Below, piece after piece: positions 1 through 10,515 of a stretch of DNA of 64,000 nt. How positions within the stretch are numbered: position 1 is the stretch's first letter; each line of letters starts with the position of its first letter. A program made the translations under genes and the position numbers. The notes below the pieces were generated by a model. That model was not told the origin of the DNA, searched no databases, and was given only the letters and a program-made list of their open reading frames with translations. This stretch comes from Yuukianura sp. NJ FZ-2021. Its lineage: Eukaryota. The stretch covers positions 310,001 to 374,000 of the forward strand of contig JAJCTO010000010.1 of the NCBI GenBank assembly GCA_046563655.1, written 5' to 3'.

Positions 1-2630
1 GAAAGTTCGTCTAGAACGACAAGTAAATGTTTACTTTGTTTTCCTCCAGCACTCGTCGGCAGGGGTCCAATGAAGTCAAAATGAATTGTAGAGAAAACTG
101 CCTTTGCTGGCTCTGCTAATTGCAGTAACCCGAATGGTTTATGATTGTTTGCTTTGGATCTTTGACAGCGATCACATGATTTGACGTAACTTGCGATTTC
201 TTTGTTCATATTGTTCCAGTAACATCTTTGTTTGATTCTTTCAAGGGTTTTGGTTCTACCCAAGTGTCCCGCTTCTGGGGCATCATGAAAAATTTGTAGG
301 ATCCTTTGAGTCATTTGCTTTGGAATAACTGGAACATAATAATCTTCTAGATTTTTTGCTTGTTGCTTTGTAGTGTTTTGACCTTCTAAGTCTAAATTTT
401 CAGCTGAAGGGTCTGTTTGTACTGCGGTTTTGAAATGATTGCAATCTGGTCGTAGACAGAGGGGAATATGACAAGCAGAGTCTCGAGTCTCTGTTGTATT
501 GGTAAGTTCTGGATCCATGCCTGGATTCGTAGTCATGCCCTTGAAGGGTTTAATTTTGATGAATAGGGTGTTTCTATCCATTTTGTAACTCTCCAAGCAC
601 CTTGGCCGAGGTACTGAAGAATTCTGAAGGTGGTCAATAATCTTGGAAAGATTTTCATCCTTCCGTTGCTCCTGGGCGATTTCATCTATTGTCGGAGTAC
701 AATAGACTAAGAGAAAACTCGGTAAATAGAGTGTTTCTCGGTCTTGGAACATATCGGGGTCGTCTGGACCTTCTGGGACACTAGCACGTGATAACGCGTC
801 CGCCACCACGTTTTCGCATCCTTTGCGAAATCTGAGTTTCGCGTTCCACGATAAAATTTCCATTGCCCACTGCGTGAGTTTTGCTTTCTTGTTCTTCATA
901 CCTTTAAGGTATCGGACCGCTCGATTATCGGTTTCTATGATGAAGGGGTGATCTTCTATGAATTCGCGGAATTTGTCGTATGCGAAAATAATAGCATAAA
1001 GCTCTTTTTCATAGATGTGTGCGCTTCTTTCCGACTGTTTCAAAGTCTTACTCACGAACATGATTGGTCTTTCTTTCCCTTCGTGTTCTTGAACAAGGGC
1101 TGCGCCTAAGCCAGTAGTTGAGGCGTCACATTGCATAATCAGGGGTTTTGAGTAGTCAAGAGTTGTTAAAGTGACTGTATCGGAAATCGCGTCCTTAAGT
1201 TGTAGGAAGGACTCTTGTTGAGGGACATCCCACTTCCATTTCTTTCCTTTTCTGAGAAGTGTGTATAAATTTTCTGCTTTGATACTGTAGTTTTTGATGA
1301 AGCTGGAATACCAGCCACACATCCCAAGGAATCGGTAGAGTTCTTTCTTGTTAGATGGAGGTGGGTAGTTGGAAATTGCGTCTTGTTTGCTGGGTTGTTT
1401 CTGAATTCCGTTTTGAGAAGCAATATGTCCTAGATATGGAACTTCATTTTTTGCAAAAATTGATTTTTCTCTTCCAATTGTAAGATTTGCTTCGCGTAGT
1501 CTCTCTAAGACGAGTTCGAGGTGTTTCATATGTTCCTCTAGATTTTTGGAGTAGATTAGGATATCGTCCATGAAAACTTTGACAAATTTGTCTACGTAAC
1601 CATGTAGTACATTTCTCATGACTGCTTGAAAAGTTTTTGGGCTGTTTTTGAGTCCCATGGGCATCACCAAAAATTCGTAATGTCCATCTTGTGTAATAAA
1701 TGCTGTCTTTTCGATACTGTCTTCGTGCATCGGAATTTGCCAGAAGCCTCCGTTGAGATCAAGAACTGTGAAGACGTAATTCATTGGTATGGTTCTGAGA
1801 ATAGAGTTGACGTTGTCCATTGGACCTGCGTTTGTCTTCATGGTATCATTTAGACGAATGTAATTGACACAAAGGCGGTAGGAGCCTGATTTTTTCTTCA
1901 CCATAACCACTGGAGCAGCATACGGTGAAGTGGAATGTCGAATCATTCCTTTTTGAAGTAACTTTTCGATTTCTTGATTCATAATTTCTCTCACATTTGG
2001 TGAGTACGAGTAAGGTGCGACTGCAATTGGTCTGCCTTGAGTTTCGATCTGGTGACATCCGAAGCTTGTTCGTCCATAATTTCCATCCGGTCTTGCGACA
2101 TCAGGGAATTTTTTGAGTACCTCTAGTACTTTTGCCTCTCTCGGATCTACTTTTTCATTTTCTTGAGGATTTTCAGTTGTAACTGTCAGAGCTACTATTT
2201 TAGCTTCACGTTCTGGAGAAAACTTGGTTTTGAATATTTCGTTTGGTCTTGACTTGAACCAAAATTGATCTGTAGAAACATCAATGATGATCTGGTACTT
2301 GTGCATGACATCACGACCAATGATTAAAGGAAATGGTAGGGTCTGCATCACAAAAGCTTTGACGTGGATGAATGTTCCTCCAAATTTGAGTTGAAGATTG
2401 ATTTTTCCTAATGGCTTCAATTTTGAATTGTCAGCAATGGTAAGTTGAAGTAAACACGGTTCGAAGAGTTTTTGAATTTTGTGAGCCAAATTTTTGTGAA
2501 TAAGGGTGTAGTCACTGCCGGAATCGAATAACGCGTGAATTTCTTCTTGAGAGTTTGAGGTTGCGCAAAGAGAACTCAATTTGAGAATTGGGAGTAAATA
2601 AGATTGCGCTGTCTTATTCTCCCTCAATAG
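1..2630 (-). CDS. pol: Gypsy Pol polyprotein (protease, RT, RNase H, integrase), in the -1 frame relative to gag; truncated by the window edge
   Basis: Motifs all fall in one frame: ALFDSGSD (~2515-2535), VFMDDI (~1560-1577), QCDASTTGLGAALVQ (~1090-1133), HDAPEAGHLG..CDRC (~165-290), HFDFIGPLP (~58-84). It is probably absent from the ORF track because no stop occurs before position 1; not every codon was checked. Confidence 0.92.
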
Positions 2631-2636
2631 TTTAAA
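2590..2636 (-). promoter_or_regulatory. Programmed -1 ribosomal frameshift signal (U UUA AAC plus stem-loop)
   Basis: TTTAAAC (2636-2630) lies in the gag frame. A 6-nt spacer containing the gag stop follows, then the hairpin GGGAGAATAAGA..TCTTATTTACTCCC (2623-2590). Confidence 0.85.
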
Positions 2637-4378
2637 TTTTGAGATGAATTTTGTTCCTGTCCCTCTAAGACTTGAAATTCTTTTTGTTCAATTTCTCCAG
2701 TGAATAGAACAAGCGGTTCCTTGTTGCCACATTCATTAGCCCAATGCCCATAACCTTGGCACTTTGGGCATTTCCCAGGGGGATCTTTCTGCGATTTGGA
2801 ACTCGGTCCTGGCTGTTGATTGTCATTATTTCTTCCTTGTTCGGAATTTTGGTTTTGGAAATTCCCATATCCTTGGTTTTGATAACTTCGTTTGTAACCT
2901 CGACTGAATTGTCTGGCAGAATTGTATCCACGATTGGAGTACTGAGCCACATATCCTTCATCTTGCGATGCGGAATTTCGTTGGAAACGGTAGTTTGGAT
3001 TGTAGTTTCTGCCCTTGTAATTTGGGTTCTGGTAGTGTCCGTGTCCTTGAACACGTCGGTAAAATCCTCTAGATCGATTTCTGTGATTTGGGAACCCTCT
3101 AGGTTGAGATTGATTCTCTTCTTGAGAGTCTTGTTGTTGATTCAATTCGGAATTGTAAACGACTATAGAGTCTTGTTGATAATTCTGAGCATTGTTATTT
3201 CCTCGTCCACCAAAATTCTGGTACGGGTGGGATTGAAATCTCTGTGAAAAGTTTCCTCGCTGATTGGTAACTGTATTCTGGAGACTGGGTGCCACGAGTG
3301 GAGGTAAAGCGTCATAAATTCTGCGACTTTTGTCTTCTGCCGTGAGATTTTCATGTGCAACTCGACAAGCTGCAAACAATTCTTGTGGAGTCTCGAACTC
3401 TCTTTCCCCAAGTGGGGTTCTGAGTCTTGGAAACAATGAAGCTTTGACTCTTTTGATCATTTGTTTTAGTGTTTCATTTGGAAAACACAACTTTGCTAAT
3501 CGTAGCATTTCATAGATGTACGTCTCCGTAGGATCTTTAAAATGTTGAACTCTGTTCGTGAAATATTTGATCCGATTTCTCTGTTCATCCTCTCCGTCGA
3601 AACGTTCAATGAAAACTTTCTTAAATTCTTCCCAATCCTTTGTTTCGGAATTAACGTGTTGCCACCAAGCGTGACTTTCTTCTGGAAGAACAGTTTTGAC
3701 TAAATATAGCCATTGTTGAGGTGCGTGACCTTGCGTAGTGAAGAAACGTTCAACGTCTTTGAGAAATGATTCTGCGGTATGCCGCTTTGGATTAAACTTT
3801 GGAAGTGGCAGTTGAGAATTAACTGCTGTAACACGAACATTTTTGAGAGCTTCAGCCAAGGCTTCCGTCGTAACGAAGCTTGAAGTCGGAGAGGCTGGTG
3901 AATGTGAAGTTGAAATTTGTAAGCTTTTGGGTCGCTGTGATGAAGTTGATTGAATTGGGATTGATCCAATTTGTTGTTGACCCAGTTGTTGTTGATCATT
4001 TGTCTGAGCTAATTGTTGCTGTTGAACAGCTTTTCTTTGAGCTTCTGCTGTCTGTCTGGTCCTTTCAGCTTCATTAATAGCTGCTGCAAATAACTGGGTA
4101 AGAGCTGCCATCTGTCGGTCATTGAATGGATAATCTGCTTCTTCTTCTTCTTGGTTTGATCTGTCAATCATTTGTTGATCCAAATTCAAATTCGGCTCGA
4201 AATTTTGATTTTCTGGCGTAGAATGTGCGGTACTTGCTGAGCTTCCAGCTTCCTCTGACCTTTGACCTTCTAGGTCTGACATTATTGTAGTTGATTTGCG
4301 AATTATTCGTCCACTTCGAGTTTTACTTGCTCCGAATGTTGGAGTTGGAATTTTCGTTTGCGTAGGTTTTTTGCTCAT
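2624..4378 (-). CDS. gag: Gypsy Gag (584 aa)
   Basis: Retrotransposon capsid-like segment (LPKFNP..FLKDVERFF..WEEFKKVFIERF), Q/N/R-rich region, zinc knuckle CPKCQGYGHWANEC. Confidence 0.92.
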   Translation of the reverse strand: MSKKPTQTKIPTPTFGASKTRSGRIIRKSTTIMSDLEGQRSEEAGSSASTAHSTPENQNFEPNLNLDQQMIDRSNQEEEEADYPFNDRQMAALTQLFAAAINEAERTRQTAEAQRKAVQQQQLAQTNDQQQLGQQQIGSIPIQSTSSQRPKSLQISTSHSPASPTSSFVTTEALAEALKNVRVTAVNSQLPLPKFNPKRHTAESFLKDVERFFTTQGHAPQQWLYLVKTVLPEESHAWWQHVNSETKDWEEFKKVFIERFDGEDEQRNRIKYFTNRVQHFKDPTETYIYEMLRLAKLCFPNETLKQMIKRVKASLFPRLRTPLGEREFETPQELFAACRVAHENLTAEDKSRRIYDALPPLVAPSLQNTVTNQRGNFSQRFQSHPYQNFGGRGNNNAQNYQQDSIVVYNSELNQQQDSQEENQSQPRGFPNHRNRSRGFYRRVQGHGHYQNPNYKGRNYNPNYRFQRNSASQDEGYVAQYSNRGYNSARQFSRGYKRSYQNQGYGNFQNQNSEQGRNNDNQQPGPSSKSQKDPPGKCPKCQGYGHWANECGNKEPLVLFTGEIEQKEFQVLEGQEQNSSQNLNY

Positions 4379-5552
4379 TAAGCACTTTTCAGAATCCTTC
4401 TAGGATTTATCGTTATGAATTTTGATTTTTAATTTAAAATTGTTCAATTTAACAGTTAACTTGTTTTAAAAACTTTAATTTTTAACGAAAATCCAATTTT
4501 TTCTTTGCTTTAAGAAGTTTGTCAATTGATTTGCAAATTACTTAAATCGTTAACGAGAATTAATTAATTAAAATCTTTACAAATGTGCAAAAGTTCGTTA
4601 AAAGTTATTAATTAACAATTTGTCCCTCTAGGACTGAATTTATTTACTTTACAGTTGAGTCTGAATTAATTTTAAAACAAAACACTCAATGTTTGCACGA
4701 AAGTTTGAATTTACAAATTGTTTTTGTCGAACAGCTGACTTTTGTTTTTGTTTTGATTTGAAATGTCAATTTTTTGCGAAATTGGAATTTGTTTTGTCAA
4801 TCAGCTGACTTTTGTTTATGTTTACATCTCAAATGTCAAATGTCAATTGTCAATTGTCAATTTTTTAGTTTTGTAGTGTTTTGCAATTGGAATTTGTATT
4901 TCGTATTTTGTTTTGCAGTTTTGCAACTTTTCAATTGTACTTTCGTAAGTTTTTTGACATACGTCAATTTGCTCAATTCTGATTGGCTGTCTTTTACTCT
5001 GTGGTGGTATGGTCGGGTGGGAATATTCTCTTTCCCCTTCTTCTCGCTTTTTCTTTTTTCCGTTATGGGCGTGGCTTATCAGCAGCCATTTTAACTTTTT
5101 TACCAAAAAGACGCTATCTCTTTAGATTTTTTGAAAAATCGGGCAGCACCCGTGCCCCAATTTACAATTTGCACAAAAAATCGCCTTCTAGGCCTTATGT
5201 CGTTGACCCCTGACCTTCTGGTCGCTTGAAGGGGTGATGTTGTGCTATGGAGGTGGAAAAAGGAAGAAAAAGACACGAAAGGGCTCTATCTTCGACTTTA
5301 TGTTTTTAAAATTTTTTACAGTTTTAGGAAATTTTAGCCAATTTTAAGTTTTATCTTTTTAAATTTTTAACTTTTTAGTTTTTAAACTTTAAGTTTCCCG
5401 TCTTCTGCTCCACTGACAGGCTTTGTTTTAAACGAAAATCGTGAAAATGAAGCGAAAAGGAAACGAATTCTCTTTGACTTTCACATTTTGACAGTTTTTG
5501 TTAATTTTTTACCGCTGTTTCAGTTGTCTCTGCGGATTGCAGGGTAGTCACC

Positions 5553-5570
5553 TTGATTCACGGAACGCCA
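5553..5570 (-). promoter_or_regulatory. Primer-binding site
   Basis: TGGCGTTCCGTGAATCAA begins 2 nt after the LTR end. TGG is complementary to the tRNA CCA end; the cognate tRNA was not assigned. Confidence 0.7.
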
Positions 5571-5572
5571 CG

Positions 5573-5795
5573 TGTGCCGGATGGACTGGATGACCTGTGA
5601 CCTCTACTGTGGATGCTGGATGAGATGCTGGATGAGATGCTGAATGAGATGGAAGGAGAGAGAAGACCGACAAGACAAGTGAAGCCAATGAGAGCTTTAT
5701 TCAGACTGAGTGAATGAATGGAATGAATGTATGTGCAGTAGCCTATGCTTAGCCTATGAGGGGTGAGATGGGTGCTGTGTATGGGGTGTGGTACA
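5573..5795 (-). repeat. 5' LTR (~223 bp)
   Basis: Minus strand reads TGTACC...GGCACA (TG..CA, imperfect inverted ends) with an internal AATAAA near 5700. It abuts the PBS and interrupts a minor-capsid frame at 5795/5796. Confidence 0.8.
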
Positions 5796-6617
5796 AATCG
5801 CACCAATAATCGAGGCTTGTTTATTTCCAAATTGACTAAACGACGCAATGTCTGACAAGATGAGTAGACATCGTGATTCTAGTCCAAGGTCGATGCTTCC
5901 AACCGAGTCGAGCTCCATGTAGGTCCCTTGAAAAACTGTGGTAGGTGGAATGCCAAATGTACTATTCAAAAGCGGAGAAAATGTCGTCATGTAGTTGTGG
6001 CCCAGTTCCATGTTATACTTTAACTTTTGGTCCTTGTACTCAAATATAATTTTAAACTTGGCCATTTGCTTGTTGATTTCGGCTAACAGACCGTCTACCG
6101 TCTTTTTCGCTGGTTCGCTCACAGACGCCTTGTTGACCTTGTCGTTATAAAAAATAAATTTCATGGGTACATTCGGATCAATTTCATCAAATGCAACTTC
6201 ACTAAACGCTCCTCCGTTGGTAGTTCCCTTTTTAAAAGTTGTCTGGTCAAACCCAAATGCTTTAGCGTAGACTTCTGTGACTTCAATCAAATCATCGGGT
6301 TCATTGTTGATGAAAACATGGTGATGAGAAGCGTATCCAATCTCCATTTCTTGCCGTAGTGCTTCGCTTGCGAGTTGACAATCGACATCATGCGCAAAAG
6401 ATTTGTCGCCTTTTGGATATTCATTGTGGATTCTAATCGCTCTTGTACTACAATTATGTTGTCATCCTTTGTGTGGCCAAAAATGTTCCTGATCGTATCC
6501 GGCGGGGGTTCATAAACCAAGTCCACTACGGCGACCTCGAGGGGATCTTTGGTTACGTCAAGGGCATCTGTAAACTGTGCTCTAAAATCGTTTGAAGTGT
6601 TGGCAGAGTAAATGTCC
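5796..6617 (-). pseudogene. Polinton minor capsid (penton-like) pseudogene
   Basis: DIYSANTSNDFRAQF..EVAVVDLVY resembles the N-terminus of the intact mCP (DLFPDNKISNFKNRL..EVALTEISY). It is frameshifted near 6350, and the C-terminus LILSDIASFSQFG..IIGAI is cut by the Gypsy LTR. Confidence 0.75.
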
Positions 6618-7623
6618 AGAATTGGCTCTCCGTCCAAGGCCTTCAGGTAGTAATATGGAACGTTGAAAATGTTTACCGACCTCACCCTAAAAACCTCTTG
6701 GGTCCACCCCGCCCCTGCAGTCGGCTTTGTAAACGTGAGTCTGGCTTCGCTAATTCTGACAAAATCCCCAACCTTGAACTTTGGTAAAGGTTTACGCTGG
6801 GTGATTGTCTTGTGGTAAATGTTCCGAAAAACTACATCCGTGTTGGTGGAATTGACGGCAGAGGGCGCCATCTTATAAGACTTGTGTTAGACAAAATTTC
6901 CCGTAAAGAAGATTAAGAATACCTTTATTGTTGAGTGATAGGAATCATTGTAGGATCTGACAATGCTATCCCAAAACTGCAGAAACACTCCCTTTTGTTT
7001 ATATTAGTGCTGCATTCTGCTCAGCATTACTCGGAGTTGCGCAATGAGCCGCTCACACATTGCACACTTGTTTTTTAAACGGACAGAATACAGTCGGATA
7101 CCATGTGTCTCAAAAAACCCCTTTACACAAAAGTTGTACAATTCCTTTCCCTAAAAAAGTTAACGTTATTAAACCGAGTAACTGAAATTTAGAAACGCCA
7201 AGAGGTACTCACCCGATCCGTCAAGACGAACGATGGATATCTATCGAGTCCACTAAAACACTCCTTGATTCCTTCCAAAACCGCGACACCCCCCTTGTTT
7301 TTTAAAAAGGCGGTGCGCAAATAGCGCGAAAACATGTCCACGCAGATCAAAATGTACTTTATTCCTTTGCTTTTTCTACTCATATTCTGAGTGCTCATAA
7401 GATCCATACCAAACGTATAATTTTGATATGGAATGAAATATTGCCTCTCCTTGTATCGCAGACGAACAGGCTTAAACATGGAGTAACTTTCCACGGTGTT
7501 TAGTTTTTCACGATTTTGTTTTGAATTTTTGCGCCTAGTAGCGCGAATAAATTCAGGATATCCGGAAAAACTTCCGGGACCATCTAAATTTGTGTAATCT
7601 TGTTCAATGTTACCGGTCGCCAT
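6618..7623 (-). pseudogene. Polinton DDE integrase pseudogene with two spliceosomal introns (7151-7212, 6872-6922)
   Basis: Splicing restores VLTDR|GKELYN and YHSTIK|MAPSAV. There is an in-frame TAA at 7004-7006, and the C-terminus is joined to the minor capsid frame. Confidence 0.85.
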
Positions 7624-7702
7624 GTCTACACTGCTCCAGATACAAACAACAACTGACTGAACATTGATTACAACATCAAACTTTTATTTAAAGAAAACTG
7701 AA

Positions 7703-8567
7703 CTAACAACAAGTATTCTGAGTAGTACTAACGCGTCGCCCATATCTAGTAACGTAAACTCCATTTGAGTCTACGCGCCCAAGGCGCACACGCGGAGGTG
7801 CGGGAAGGCGGCGAAGAGGCGTGACTTCAAGAACAGCTGGCACAGTCACGACTCGCGGTGGGGACAACTGCAACAAGGCGGGAGAAGCTGGCTGCTGATG
7901 CACGAGAACTGCCGTCGACCCCTGCGCAGACACAGCTACGGGCGGAGTCTCCCTGATCGCGCCAGGCTCGACATCAACAGAAGCTTCGGGACTCGAAGAA
8001 GGAAATTCTGCAAAAAAAAAAGTAGAGTCAAACATTCAAAAAGTTTAAAATACTCATTAGAAATTTTAACTTACTGTGAGGATAGTAAGAGAAACCATTG
8101 TGGTTACAGAGTGGCATCATCCTAATTCTGCGCATGCGCAAGTTCCACTTGACCCTGCGCACAATCATCCTGCAAAAAACGCCAACTGCAAAACAAACAA
8201 ACTTGAAACTTTTGTATTTTCAATTTTGAAAACTTTGTTTAAAAGTTACGCATGACAACCAGAAACAGTCCCAACAGGCACACAAGAACGATGTTGGACG
8301 GTAGAGAAAGTGTTGAAGCCGGAGCATGCGCAGAAGCCAGAGAAACGACCAAAGAGGAAGTTGAGTGGTAGTGGTGGTGGCAGATACAAAGGTTGGACAT
8401 GCTCCAAGAGGTCCGACTTGGAACGGAACGCCGCTGTCTCCCTGAACTGGAGAACAAAATGCCCCACTTTGGACAATTAGAAAGTGGCAACCACTGGCTA
8501 CGCAGGCTTCGCAGTCGGTCAAAAGAGATGAGCAGAATGATGACATGATGCGATGATGATGCGACAA
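7703..8567 (-). pseudogene. Possible small spliced membrane-protein gene (decayed)
   Basis: Cys-rich CSSLLTDCEACVASGCHF, a Thr run, and a hydrophobic segment IVLVCLLGLFLVVM in another frame. There are GT-AG-like boundaries near 8010, 8070 and 8190, but the frames do not join cleanly. Confidence 0.3.
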
Positions 8568-8886
8568 ATCCAGAGAACTCCAAAGCAGAATCCAAAATTT
8601 TCAAAAAAACGAGAGAGCGAAAATTGATGCGACTCTACTTCAAAAATCTGTCAGCCAATCAAACCTTTCGTTTCAGTTCCTCTTCATTCTTTTTGCTTTT
8701 GGATTTTTGTTTCTCAAATTTCCAAACATTTCTCAAAAGTAACAACAAATCATCACCAAGGCATTTTTTTTCATCATATTTCGTTTTTTATATTTCAAAA
8801 AACCGCAAAACACTAATTAAAAACTAATTAAACTCTTAAACCTACAGTGAGCATGGGTAAAAAACCAAACATAAAAAGTTGCACAA

Positions 8887-9627
8887 ATGGGCAAAAAGAA
8901 AAACGTATTGTGCAAAAGAAAAGGGGAGAGGGGGGGGGGGGGGTTTTGGCCTCCCAAACCATTGACTGCTCGAGCATCTGTATTTGATGTTAACACTTTT
9001 CCAAGCGGGGTGACGCATGGTCATGAATATTCTGGCGCTCTTTTCAATGCAATTGACCCTACAACTAATATGACGCTTACCATTTTCCAAGACAAGGTCA
9101 ACTTGGCAAGCGTAGAAGAACCAAAGCAAAAGACGGTAGATGGGTTGATACAAGCCATGAACGCCGCCTTGGTTCAATTCAAAATTACCTTCAAGTACTC
9201 TGAAGATGAGGCTATACTCACATATACACGAGAATCTACACAAAATTATATTACCATTCTCTCACAACTGTTGGATAAAATATTTGGACTGCCTCTGGGA
9301 GTCACATTTAAAGGGTTTAGCCAAACCAATCCAGCCAAGGCCGAAGTTGACCTTGGAGTGACGTCACAACAGCTCCTTGTTGTTTGCGACTTGGTCAACT
9401 ATACCCAGTTTGGAGAAAAGTCCGTTCCGTTAGTCGGAATCTTCCGACAAAGCGATCAGGATGGCAAGTCAGTCGACGTGCAAGTGGTCGTACCGCGATA
9501 TTTTGCGGTAAATAGCCAGAAGATGATTGATTCCATTCATATTCAACTTTTGGACGAAAGCCTGGTTCCAATTCGTGAAGCACATAGTGCAACCCAACTT
9601 GCCTTCCACGTCAGAAGAGCCACATAA
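8887..9627 (+). pseudogene. Second minor-capsid-like gene, 5'-truncated
   Basis: DKVNLASVEEPKQKTVDGL matches DKVNKASVSEPAKKTVDGL of the 5754-6347 ORF. Its C-terminus (VVCDLVNYTQFGE..PRYFAV..IDSIHIQLLDE..LAFHVRR) is typical of mCP. The first ~25 codons are low-complexity. Confidence 0.75.
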
Positions 9628-10515
9628 ATTGTCCAAATCAATTATTAACGTCCGCTGAAAACAAAGTCGGCTTGAGCTAATGTACTTTACGACGGCATTT
9701 AACATTTGGGTTGCCGTTGAATTCGTGTCAATTTAAGACGTACTTTAACATCAGCAGTGAGTTGGAATAAAATCAGTAGTGAGTTGGACGTCGGTGAGTG
9801 CACAGCAATGAGTTCCAGTGGAAACATGGTAGACGATTCTACAGCAGAAGATTGCTTGTCCGTCGTCACAACGGCAATGGAACCGGATAAAGTACTTCCA
9901 AACCCAAGGAACAATAGAAAACGGACGTTTTCAAAGGTAGACGACGAAAAATTTCTGGGTGTGGAACACAGTGACTACAAACTTTCTCCCGAGACTTCAA
10001 GGAAAAAACCTATCGTTCATTTAAACCGCTTAAAACATCCACTATTGTTCCAGAAAAGCAGTCTGATGCGTCGATTTCGGAATTATTTTCCAAGAGGCTG
10101 TCAATAACGCGCTCAAAATCAACACAAAAGTTGAAAAGAAAGCGCCACAATTCGCAATTGACTCAAAAATTACCAAAAAGTGCAACACGGACGCAAACGA
10201 GCATATTGGATTCAAGTAAAAAGTCTCTCACAAATTGTACTAAAATGAGCAAATGTCGCGACAATAGTGCACCTACGCTGAAATTTGGCAACAATACGGG
10301 AAGGAATGAAACGTTTTTGGTGAAATATCTCGAAAATTCACGTCAAAACGCATTAAAAAGAGGGCATTTGTGACCAAGTAGTCAGTCGTAATTTAAAGTT
10401 CAACGAAGCAACACGTACAGTTTTGTGTGCAATAACACAGCATTTTCACCTTTAGCCCAGTCAGTATTGAATTTGCACTTGTTCAAGCAACATCTACTTG
10501 ATTTTTCTCCCAAAA

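Larger units (their letters stand above)
1..5795 (-). mobile_element. Ty3/Gypsy LTR retrotransposon, 5' portion (runs off the window start)
   Basis: 5' LTR, PBS, long 5' UTR, gag with CCHC knuckle, then pol in PR-RT-RNaseH-INT order, which is diagnostic of Ty3/Gypsy. Confidence 0.95.

Noticed and set aside
2744..3515. Plus-strand hydrophobic ORFs opposite gag
   Set aside because: Antisense shadows of the Q/N-rich gag sequence.
9757..10373. Short ORFs between mCP and MCP of the old Polinton
   Set aside because: Probably a decayed accessory gene, but no recognisable motif or consistent frame.
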